Source: Chiloscyllium plagiosum
Lineage: Eukaryota
Direction: 5' to 3'
Assembly (NCBI RefSeq): GCF_004010195.1
Contig: NC_057713.1
Location: 42,095,727 to 42,159,726, forward strand
Length of the DNA: 64,000 bases
The notes beneath the pieces were generated by a model. That model was given only the letters and a program-made list of their open reading frames with translations, was not told where the DNA came from and ran no database searches. Positions 1 through 9,482 of the stretch are shown piece by piece. The stretch's first letter is position 1. Each line of letters starts with the position of its first letter. The translations under genes and the position numbers were made by a program.

Positions 1-260
1 ACCGCCCTCTTGACCTGCAATCTTCTTCCCGACCTCTCCGCCCCCACCCCCTCTCCGGCCTATCACCCTCACCCTCACCTCCTTCGACCTATTGTATTGA
101 GCGCCCCACCCCAAATTCTCTCCCCCTACCTTTTATCTCAGCCCGCTTGGCACACCAGCCTCATTCCTGAAGAAGGGCTTATGCCCGAAACATCGATTCT
201 CCTGCTCCTCAGATGCTGCCTGGCCTGCTGTGTTTTTCCAGCACCACATTTTTCAACTCT
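1..260 (+). mobile_element. Penelope-like element (family B) 3' end/pLTR fragment
   Basis: CT-rich tract followed by cattcctgaagaagggcttatgcccgaaac...gatgctgcctggcctgctgtgtttttccagc. Related copies lie at 17156, 32275, 32636 and 57323, and one is attached to the GIY-YIG-bearing element at 58490-59690. Confidence 0.75.
164..197 (+). ncRNA. Minimal hammerhead ribozyme motif
   Basis: CTGAAGA (167-173), A, stem II GGGC-TTAT-GCCC, GAAA-CA-TC. Stem I is weak; CG>CA change consistent with CpG decay. Confidence 0.6.
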
Positions 261-264
261 TGTG

Positions 265-603
265 CATTATACCCAGAAACACCTGCTATTGTTGTTCCAC
301 TGCCATCCCTGCTAGGGTATTGCACCATTGAACTTTGGCCAGCTCCTCCCTCATAGCTCCATTGTTCCCCTTATTCAAGTGAAATATTGTCACTTCCGAT
401 TCTACCCTCTCCCTTTCAAACTGCAGATTAAAGCTTATTGTATTGTGGTCACTACCTCCTAATAGCTCCTTTATTTTGAGGTCCCTGATCAAATCCGGTT
501 CATTGCACAACACCAGATCCAGAATTGCTTTCTCCCTGGTAGGTTCCAGCACAAGCTGTTCTAAGAATCCGTCTCAGAGGCACTCCACAAAATCCCTTTC
601 TTG
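265..603 (-). mobile_element. CR1 LINE ORF2 fragment (AP endonuclease C-terminus)
   Basis: ORF 286-552 reads EPTREKAILDLVL...LGGSDHNTISF, matching the APE PTR/LDL/SDH motifs. Confidence 0.9.
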
Positions 604-1324
604 GAGTTCCCAAAACGTTGATCATCAACGTTATACCCAAAACGTTGAACTTGCTGCCTGGCTTGCTGTGTTCCTCCAGCCTCCTACTTACCTACTCCAT
701 TAACTTGCCCAAGCCACACTCGGTCTTCTCTCTGAAAAATGTCTGCTTCCTCTTACAAAACCAGCATTACCAATTGCCCATTGGGTGATTACCAATAGAA
801 TGTACATCAGCATTCACATGTTGAATCTTATCTGCTGCAATTGAAGCAACCACCATCACCAAAATAAACATATTGAAACAGAATGAGACTTGTAATCCAA
901 TAATGCAACAACAAAACTATTAGCTCAAAAGAAAAACATACATGCAATAACTGAATGGAATACTCAACAATCAATTAAAATAAAACTACTACCAGCTAGG
1001 CCATAACTGTCCTCAAGCAAACATTTAGTTTGTACAAATAGATGCTGTAGGGATGTTAACAATTGTCCTGCTGTACCTATTGCGTGTTAATCCAGAGAGA
1101 ATAAAAATCTTTATCATCAAGCCTTAGGTTCCATTTACAGTGATTTATATACCATACTATATGCTCAGTACTTAACAATGTAAGGGGGAGAAATTAGTTT
1201 TTTTGGTGCTTTTTTGGGTGTTACAAATGTTCTTAAAACTTCAAAAAGTCGTCAGTGGAGCTCACCCATATTACGTCCTTTTGCATCTTTTGCCATGTTG
1301 GTGCACGTGAGCAATGGATATCTG

Positions 1325-2382
1325 CTGGAAGCCCTTGATGCCAAGGCCGCACTCCACTGAGTGTGGCATCAAGGAGTCCAAGCAAAATTGGAATGAAAGC
1401 GTATCAGGGTCATACTCTGGATAGAGTCATTCCTGGCACAGAGGAAGATGGTGGTGATTGTTGGAGGTCAGTCACTTCAGCTCCAGCATATCTCTGCAGG
1501 AGTTCCTCAGGGTAATGTCCAAGGCCCAACCAGCTTCAGATCCTCCATCAATGACCTTCCCGCTATCTAAGGTCAGAAGTGGGAATATTCACTGATGATT
1601 GCACAATGTTCAGTACCATTTGTGAATCCTCAGATATTGAAGCAGTCCATGTTCAAATGCAACAAGATCTGTGCAATATCCAGACTTGGGCTAACAAATG
1701 GCAAGTAACAATCTCGCCACACAAATGTCATAAATGACTATATCTAATAAGACAAAATCTCACCACCACCCCTTGTCACCATTGATCAGAAACCCAAATG
1801 GACTCACCATATAAATACAGTGGCTATAAGAGCAGGTCCGAGATGAGGAATACTATGATGAGTAACTCACCTCTTGAGTCCCTATAGTTTGTCCACCATT
1901 TATAAGGCACAAGTGAGGAGTATGGTTGAATGCCCCCTACTTGTCTGGATAGGTGCAGCCCCAACAACACTAAAGAAGCTTGCCGTCGTTCAGGAACAAA
2001 GCAGCCCGCTTGTTTGACATCATGTCCACAAGCATCCACTCCCTCTACCACTGACTCTAAGTAGTGCGTGCTACTTACAAGATGCACTGCGGAAAGGCTC
2101 CTTCAAAAGCATCTTCCAAACCCATGACGACTACCATCTAGATGGACAAAGGTAGGAGATACTTGGGAACACCAACACCTGCAAGTTTCCCTCCAAGTCC
2201 TTCACCATCCTGACTTGAAAATATATTTCTGTTCTTTCACTGTTGCTGCTTCAAAATTTTGAAATTTACTCCCTAAGCATGGACTGTAGTGGATTAAGAA
2301 GGCAGCTCATCACCATGTTCTCAAGGGCAATTAAGGTCATGCCCAGCCAACCACGCCATGTCCCATGGGTGAATAAGAAAAA
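1325..2382 (+). mobile_element. Decayed CR1-group LINE, RT C-terminal part and 3' UTR
   Basis: Degenerate LD.KAA...VWH, GVPQG.V.GP and FTDD motifs; tail ctcaagggcaatta...gaataa. Same family at 12345 and 55790. Confidence 0.85.
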
Positions 2383-3204
2383 AGCATGTGAAGCAAGCAG
2401 ATCACGATGTGAATCAGTGTACTACACAACTTGATGATTAATATTCTATGCAATACACTCTCTTAATCATGGACACATTCAGGAACAGGAAAATCTCCTC
2501 CTCAAAGTCATCTAAAAAGATTATCAACTATTTGCTGATTGATTTATTTTAGCTCTCACTATATTCCCAGAAGGGGTTAGTGCTTTCTATAGTTGCTTCA
2601 TGTTGGTGAATGTCTCAACAGAATGTTGTGAAAGATGCTGAAGGACATTTTGTTGAGTTTCTGAATGAACTCCGATTTGGTGCACGAGCAGATGATCTCA
2701 TAGAATCATAGTCGTACAGCATGGAAACAGACTCTTTGGTTCAATTAATCCATACTGACCAGAGATCCTAAATTAATCCGGCTCCATTTGCCAGCATTTG
2801 GCCCATATCCCTCTAAACCTTTTTTATTCATGTACCTACCCAGATGTCTTTTAAATGTTGTAATTGTACCAGCTTCCATCACTTCCTCTTGCAGCTCAGT
2901 CCATACACACACCACACCCTGCGTGAAAAAGTTGCCCCTCAGGTCCCTTTTAAATCTCTCCCCTCTCATGTTATGCCCTTTAGTTTTGGACTCCTCTACC
3001 CTGGGGAAAAGACTTTGGCTATTCACCCTGTCTATGCCCTCCATGATTTTATAAATCTATAAGATCACCCCTCAGCTTGTGATGCTCCAGGACAAATAGC
3101 TCAAACTCTCCAACTCTAGCAACATCCTTGTAAATCTTTTCTGCACCCCTTCAAGTTTAACAACATCTTTCCTATAGGAGGGAGAGCAGAATTGAATGCA
3201 GTAT

Positions 3205-3590
3205 TCAAAGTTTGTGCGAAGATTTGTAGCTCGGGTGCTCATTGTTGTGGTTCTGTTCGCCGAGCTGGAAGTTTTTGTTGCAAACGTTTCGTCCCCTGGC
3301 TAGGCGACATCATCAGTGCTTGGGAGCCTCCTGCGAAGCGCTTCTTTGATGTTTCCTCTGGTGTTTATAGTGATCTGTCCTTGCCGCTTCCGGTTGTCAG
3401 TTTCAGCTGTCCGCTGTAGTGGTTGGTATATTGGGTCCAGGTCGATGTGTTTGTTGATGGAGTTTGTGGATGAATGCCATGCCTCTAGGAATTCCCTGGC
3501 TGTTCTCTGTCTGGCTTGCCCTATGATAGTAGTGTTGTCCCAGTCGAATTCATGTTGCTTGTTGTCTGCGTGTGTGGCTACTAAGGATGG
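3205..3590 (-). mobile_element. PLE family A 3' end: GIY-YIG C-terminus, pLTR and ~38-nt tail
   Basis: Minus strand encodes HEFDWDNTTIIGQARQRTAREFLEAWHS, typical of the PLE endonuclease C-terminus. Confidence 0.85.
3280..3319 (-). ncRNA. Minimal hammerhead ribozyme (intact core)
   Basis: GCA-CTGATGA-T-GTCGCCT(AGCC)AGGGGAC-GAAA-CG-TT-TGC on the minus strand. Confidence 0.75.
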
Positions 3591-3875
3591 CCAAAGAACT
3601 ACTACAGAAACTGAAACACCTGGTCAGCGGATCCAAACACTCTATACAATCAACACAGGAATTCTTGGACATCATCAGAAATGTACACATAGACAAAGAA
3701 GAAACCATGATATCATTCGACGTGACGGCACTGTTCACTTCGATTGACAAAACCCTAGCCAGAGAAACAATAGCCAAACTACTGGACATACAGAACAGAA
3801 AATAGGACGCTGAACCTATCAACAAAGACGGCATACTTAAACTACTCGACTTGTGCCACACAACACACTTCACAT
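3585..3875 (+). pseudogene. PLE reverse transcriptase fragment (inverted segment)
   Basis: HSIQSTQEFLDIIR...MISFDVTALFTSID...LKLLDLC.TTHFT, PLE RT motif A region, with an internal stop. Confidence 0.9.
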
Positions 3876-4231
3876 AGGAGGAAGAGTTAATATCAATGCA
3901 GGGAGAGCATGGAGGAGAAACATAAAAGAAAAACTAATAAGTTCAAGGCTGAAAGCTGAATCTGAGCTCAAGGATATTAGAGTCATAGAGTTATACAGCA
4001 TAGAAACAGACCCTTCGGTCTAACTCGTCCATATAATATAGAACCTAGAACAGTACAGCCAATGATGTTGCACCGAACACAATGCCAAATTAAACTAATT
4101 CCCTCTGCCTGCCCTTGGTCCATATCCCTCCATTCCTTGCATATTCATGTGCCGATGTAAAAGTTTCTTAAATGCCCTATCTGCCTCCACCACCACCTCT
4201 AACAGTGCATTCCAGACTCCTACCACTCTCT

Positions 4232-4560
4232 GGCTCAGTGGTTAGCACTGCTGCCTCACAGCACCAAGGATCTGGGTTTGATTCCAGCCTCGGGTGACTG
4301 TCTGACTGGAGTTTGCACATTCTCCCCGTGTCTGCGTGACTTTCCTCTGGGTGCTCTGGTTTCCTCCTACAATCCAAAGATGTGCAGGTTAGGGCAATTA
4401 GCCGTACTAAATTGCCCATTGTGTTCAGGGATGTGTAAGTTAGGTGCATTAGTCTGAGGTAAATGTAGAATAATAGGGTCTGGGTGGGTTACTCTTTGGA
4501 GGGTCAGATTGGACTTGTTGGGCCAAATGGCCTGTTTGCACACTGTTAAGGATTTTATGA
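4232..4560 (+). mobile_element. HE1-type tRNA-derived SINE (inside the PLE cargo)
   Basis: ggctcagtggttagcactgctgcctcacagc (A box), ggtttgattcc (B box), body gtttgcacattctcccc and tail ggccaaatggcctgttt. Confidence 0.9.
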
Positions 4561-4623
4561 TTCTATCTCCTTTGAGCTTTCCCCCTCTCACCTTGAATGC
4601 ATGCCCCCTAGTTTTAGGCATTT

Positions 4624-4930
4624 AATTCGACTGGGACAACACTACTATCATAGGGCAAGCCAGACAGAGAACAGCCAGGGAATTCCTAGAGGCATGGCAT
4701 TCATCCACAAACTCCATCAACAAACACATCGACCTGGACCCAATATACCAACCACTACAGCGGACAGCTGAAACTGACAACCGGAAGCGGCAGGGACAGA
4801 CCACTATAAACACCGGAGGAAACATCAAAGAAGCGCTTCGCAGGAGGCTCCCAAGCACTGATGATGTCGCCTAGCCAGGGGACGAAACGTTTGCAACAAA
4901 AACTTCCAGCTCGGCGAACAGAACCACAAC
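4624..4930 (+). mobile_element. PLE family A right arm (GIY-YIG C-terminus and pLTR, no tail)
   Basis: Near-perfect reverse complement of 3243-3550; ends gaacagaaccacaac. Confidence 0.9.
4855..4894 (+). ncRNA. Minimal hammerhead ribozyme (intact core)
   Basis: gca CTGATGA t gtcgcct-agcc-aggggac GAAA cg tt tgc; predicted cleavage after 4891. Confidence 0.75.
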
Positions 4931-5109
4931 ATTGAATGCAGTATCTCAAAAATGGTCTAAACCAATGTCCTGTATAACTGCAACATGACATTCCAACTCT
5001 TATACTCAATGCACTGACCAATAAAGGCAGTCTTACTACCCTGTCTACCTGTGACTCTACCTTCAAGGAAATATGAACTATGCCCTTCGAATACATCTTA
5101 ACCTAGGGA

Positions 5110-5830
5110 ACTTAGAGAACTTGCAGAGCAGAATAAGCTGCTGGAAGAGTGAGAGGAGAGCTCTCAGCAGAAGGTTGTGTATCAGCCTAAGATGCTGAAG
5201 AAACAATTCTATCTGAACCACAGTGAGGAACCATGTATGAGAAGAGATATCTGCCCTTCAGTAAGGATGTCCTCACTGATATCTGCCAACTCTTGCAGCT
5301 GCAGTCACAAACTCAGAATAGAGCACAATCTACACTGTTCATGGCTGTGAAGTAGACCATAATGATGAGATTTACATTTGGTTCTTTGTAGCTTAGAAGT
5401 GAAGTCATGCAACATCTTACAGTTGCTATCTACTGATGCAAAAGGCTTTGAACTGAAAGAGTCCAAACTACATTTCATTTTTTCTTGCCAGAAGCAAGTA
5501 GACAGATTGAGAACAAGGTGTCACTAGGAGTTTAGGCTCCTCCATAGGATTTCAGGCTCTCCCATGTTGTACAATGCTATTCATTGCACATAAATTGTTT
5601 TGCAAGCACTGCTGCCGAAAAACCCTGCTCTATGTTGTCGCCAAAAGGGATTCCATTTCCCCAGTGTTTCAGTTAGCATTTAACCATAAGCAGCAAAGTA
5701 TGTCAATCAATGCCCAGCATCCTGACAGCAATCATGATATTTTCATTGGCAACTCACTGTGCCACCTTTATTTCGATTGCCACTGCAAACTGAAGGGTGA
5801 ATATTGGGTGACATGAACTCTTCACTATGA
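5110..5830 (+). pseudogene. Harbinger (HARBI1-like) transposase fossil
   Basis: Frameshifted peptides YLNHSEE.CMRR..FSKDVLTDICQLL...MAVK and KGFH..VQLAFNHKQQ..INAQHPDSNHD, resembling RKGFHSLNVQLVCDH...PGSSHD. Confidence 0.65.
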
Positions 5831-5901
5831 TATTGTGAAAAATAGATGTCCTTTGGGAATAAAGAAAAAGCATTATAGTATTTCAATCACTAAGGAAAAC
5901 A

Positions 5902-6056
5902 AGATTAGATTAGATTAGATTTCCTACAGTGTGGAAACAGGCCCTTTGGCCCAACCAGTCCACACTGACCCTCCGAAGACCAACCTACCCAGGCCCATTT
6001 CTCTCTGACTAATGCACCTAACACTATGGGCAATTTAGCATGGCCAATTCACCTGA
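5902..6056 (-). mobile_element. HE1 SINE 3' fragment
   Basis: (gatta)n tail and acagtgtggaaacaggccc...tagcatggccaattcacct. Confidence 0.85.
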
Positions 6057-6099
6057 TATACTTCAAAAATGTTCGCAGCCAGTGCGATGATAGCAAAGT

Positions 6100-7230
6100 C
6101 AGAGCAGTTTAGAATTATGAAGTTAAAAATCGTGCAAAGAAGAGGTTTCAGAGTATCAAATTCATAACTATTGAAGTTTTGAGCAGGAGAGATGGTGCCA
6201 TATCTGCACAGACTGAAGCCAATTGTAGCCTGCACATGTTTGCAAACATATACAGAGAACATCAACAAGAGATTGATATATTTATACAAAAACTTCAATC
6301 CTCAGCGAAAGCTCATCAAGAAGAATACAAAACCTCCAAGTAACTAATAAAAAGTTACTAATCAAAGAGAATGAGATCTTTAAGCCTAAAATAGATAATG
6401 CCAATATTCAACATCCAGATGTTGTTGATCTGCATTAATAGCAGCTGATGGCTGCAAGATAAGTCTGTCTGTAAATCACAGAAGCACAAAGGAATTCTTT
6501 CAGCCAAAACCTACAAGACAAAACTATTGAGCTTCTGGAACCAAAGATTGCCTTGGTGAAGTTTAAAGTTGAACTTCAAAACAAGCTTGATCAGATCATA
6601 ACTCATAAAAATTAGCACAATCTAACTACCCCAATGTGACAATTGAACCTGAAAGTCCAGCTGCTAACAGTCAAGCAGCACAATCAAGCCTTTCAGGCTG
6701 AAAACCAGAAATCTGCAGATGATTTACAGAAATTGTGGCACTTAGACAAGTGATCTTCTCATCCAAGTGAAACAGCAGAGAGAGAGATGCTGATTGAGGA
6801 AAAAGCCTACCAGTTGCAAAAATCTAAAAACTTTGAAATCACAGAGGATCGTAAGGTCATGAGAACTTTCTGCTACAGTTAATGGGAGAAGAAATAATCT
6901 TTTAAAATAAACCTGGAGAGCGAAAATTCCTTTACAAGTGGCTATGACTATTGAACTCCTGGAGTCCTCTTCTTTGAGTTAGTTTTTCCTTGATTGGTCT
7001 TCACTAGTGCAACATTCATTGCTTCATCTGTATTATAGCCCAAATCTCAGCTGTCAGAAACTGCATTTTTTACCACCTATGTACCAGCACTGCAAGGAAA
7101 TGCCAAAAAAAGCTTTCATATATTTCCTTCATGATCCCGAAGAGAACAGAGAATGTTATTGGAGACTAGTCTCTTAATCAAAAGAGAACTGTTGGGGAGC
7201 AGGGAAAAGTCAAGTAAAGAAGGCGCTTGT
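6100..7230 (+). pseudogene. Probable intronless, heavily decayed type I keratin-like (intermediate filament) pseudogene
   Basis: Collinear frameshifted peptides resembling IF rod motifs: TIEVLSRR/MVPYLHRLK/QL* (6167-6228), EIFKPKIDNANI/..AADG (6373-6452), NLKVQLLTVKQH, QLQKSKNFEITEDRK (6811-) and RMLLETSLLIKREL (7150-). By-eye alignment only. Confidence 0.5.
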
Positions 7231-7440
7231 CTAAAATGTTCATGGTTAAATGTTAATGATAAAAAGTGATACTGCACAAGAACTTGAAGGACGAGTAGTG
7301 TGAAGGTTACTCCGAGTATAATGACTGAGCATGTGTGAAAGGAGCTATGTCAAAGTGACAGTGGATCACATGGAACTGAACTGAAAACAACAAACGCTAG
7401 AGATCATTGTGGGTCAGGCAGCATCCATGGACAGAGAGCA

Positions 7441-7465
7441 CCTTTTGGCTCGGAATATGTGTAGT
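7441..7465 (+). ncRNA. Degenerate U2 snRNA 5' fragment (U2 nt 13-37)
   Basis: CCTTTTGGCT-cggaatat-GTGTAGT versus U2 CCTTTTGGCT-AAGATCAA-GTGTAGT: 20/25, ungapped. Confidence 0.55.
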
Positions 7466-7701
7466 TCCTGAGGACCAGAGGAAGAGATTCTGTTCGAGTG
7501 CTGTCGGTTCGACGCGGCGGACGTGTGCTGGCGGGGGATAAACCATGGGGGTCGTGTGGCGGGTCGTTGGAGCTGCTGGAGACCATCGCTGGATCGTGAT
7601 TGGACGTTGGAGGATCGTTTGGTTGTGCTGACCTGCTCTTGGTGGATCTTTATGCTGGCTTCGGACTAACGCCAATTCAGATACCAGCCAACCTCTGAGC
7701 T

Positions 7702-8697
7702 ATGGCCTCAGCAGCTGCTCGCAGCCCAGGCCAGGGCATTCGCAACACAGTCAGGGTGACTGTGAAGAAGGTGGAGGAGCACACACCGGTCGATCGGACG
7801 GTGTTTGTGAAGAAGATTTTGCTGGAGTGCTGTGGGTTTGAAGCTGCGGACATGTACTGCCTGCGGGAGGCTATTTCGATGTGACCTTCAGGAGCGTGAA
7901 GAATTGCGAGCAGCTCCTGAAGGTCTTCAAGGAGAAGGAAGGGGAACCTCTGTTCTCCATCTTGTCGGTGGTCCCATTGTGTGTGCTCCCTGCGCAGAGG
8001 AGTCGGGTTGTAACAATCCAGATGTACAACCCCCACGTCCCAGCAGCAGATGTCCTGACCTTCTTGAGAAGATACGTCCAGGTCGAGGGAGAGAGTACCG
8101 ATGTGGTCGATCCTTTCGGGATCTGGACCAGCAAACGACAGGTCAGGGTAACCCTGAGGTTCGATGCCAGTGGGAACATCCTCCACCCACCCTCCAGCTT
8201 TGCCATCGGAGGAAGCAGTGGTTACCTGACATACGCAGGGCAGCCAAAAGTGTGCCGAACCTGCGGGAGGTCAGGCCACATGGCGGCAGATTGTAAGGTG
8301 ACCGTCTGCCGAAATTGCAAGCAGGAATGCCACCCGACCAAGGACTGTAAGGAGGCCAAGAACTGTAATCTGTGCGGAGAGGCGGGCCACATGTACAAGG
8401 CCTGCCCAAGACGAGGGGCTGCCACCTACGCACAGATGGCCTGAGGTGGCAACACGAGCCGTGGACCGCCCAAGACCAGCAAGGTACCACAAAACAGCAT
8501 GGGAACGGTGTCTGGAGGCAACCAGAAGGAAGGGCGGGCTGTAGCGGAGCAGACGGCAGACAGCGGGGAGGTGCAGCAGCTGATCCAAGCTCCTTCAGGA
8601 CAGACGGAGGAAATGGAAGAGAAGGGACCAAAGGAAGCAGAGGATTGGATTACTGTGAAAAGCAGGAAGAGGAAACCTCCCAAAGCCACCCAGCGAG
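7702..8697 (+). pseudogene. Tx1-clade non-LTR retrotransposon ORF1 (ZCCHC3-like), disrupted and truncated by the gap
   Basis: YFDVTF, DPFGIWTSKRQV, PSSFAIGG and YAGQPKVC, plus three CX2CX4HX4C knuckles. Frameshift near 7865 and in-frame stop at 8442-8444. GC-rich 5' UTR at ~7466-7701. Confidence 0.85.
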
Positions 8698-9197
8698 NNN
8701 NNNNNNNNNNNNNNNNNNNNNNNNNNNNNNNNNNNNNNNNNNNNNNNNNNNNNNNNNNNNNNNNNNNNNNNNNNNNNNNNNNNNNNNNNNNNNNNNNNNN
8801 NNNNNNNNNNNNNNNNNNNNNNNNNNNNNNNNNNNNNNNNNNNNNNNNNNNNNNNNNNNNNNNNNNNNNNNNNNNNNNNNNNNNNNNNNNNNNNNNNNNN
8901 NNNNNNNNNNNNNNNNNNNNNNNNNNNNNNNNNNNNNNNNNNNNNNNNNNNNNNNNNNNNNNNNNNNNNNNNNNNNNNNNNNNNNNNNNNNNNNNNNNNN
9001 NNNNNNNNNNNNNNNNNNNNNNNNNNNNNNNNNNNNNNNNNNNNNNNNNNNNNNNNNNNNNNNNNNNNNNNNNNNNNNNNNNNNNNNNNNNNNNNNNNNN
9101 NNNNNNNNNNNNNNNNNNNNNNNNNNNNNNNNNNNNNNNNNNNNNNNNNNNNNNNNNNNNNNNNNNNNNNNNNNNNNNNNNNNNNNNNNNNNNNNNN
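8698..9197. other. Assembly gap (500 N)
   Basis: Run of N. Confidence 1.
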
Positions 9198-9410
9198 ATA
9201 GGGTTACAAAGAGAATAAAGCTCCCTGTAATCCTTTGAACTGAGTGCAATGTCTCCTAAACAACCTTTTTAGCCACAGTAACAAAATACTAATTAAAGGC
9301 TAGTGGAGGCCTATATAAGGAAGCAGAAACTTATAAAGTAAAATAACATTAACGAGGGTGATGATACACTCCAGCTCAAAGCTTTCTTTTCCATAATAGA
9401 AAGACTACAA

Positions 9411-9482
9411 TGAGTGAGGATGGCTTTGAGCCATCAACCTCTGGCTTCTAGGTCCAGAACGTTTCTGCTGCACCACGCTGTT
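9411..9482 (-). tRNA. Decayed initiator tRNA-Met-like pseudogene
   Basis: Reverse complement aligns without gaps to vertebrate tRNA-iMet, 54/72 by manual count. Anticodon CAT>TAG; acceptor stem broken. Confidence 0.75.

Larger units (their letters stand above)
3205..4930. mobile_element. Composite PLE insertion 1 (inverted arms, internal host cargo, 14-bp TSD)
   Basis: TSD attgaatgcagtat at 3191-3204 and 4931-4944; 3243-3550 is an inverted repeat of 4625-4930. Confidence 0.85.
2700..5090 (-). mobile_element. CR1 LINE 3' end (2700-3204, resuming 4931-5090), split by the PLE composite
   Basis: ORF 2745-3044 GERFKRDLRGNFFTQ.VV..W..L and catagaatcatag tail. The sequence resumes after the duplicated attgaatgcagtat. 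Confidence 0.85.

Noticed and set aside
3316-3747. Repeated MLGSLLRSASLMF ORFs (also 4622, 51507, 53982) as a gene family
   Set aside because: They are antisense readings of the PLE 3' end/pLTR.
7702-8444. Functional host ZCCHC3 gene
   Set aside because: Frameshift near 7865, premature stop and retrotransposon-type context; better explained as a Tx1 ORF1 copy.
8372-9249. Long ORFs 8372-9238, 8499-9218 and 8650-9249
   Set aside because: Artefacts of reading through the 500-N gap.
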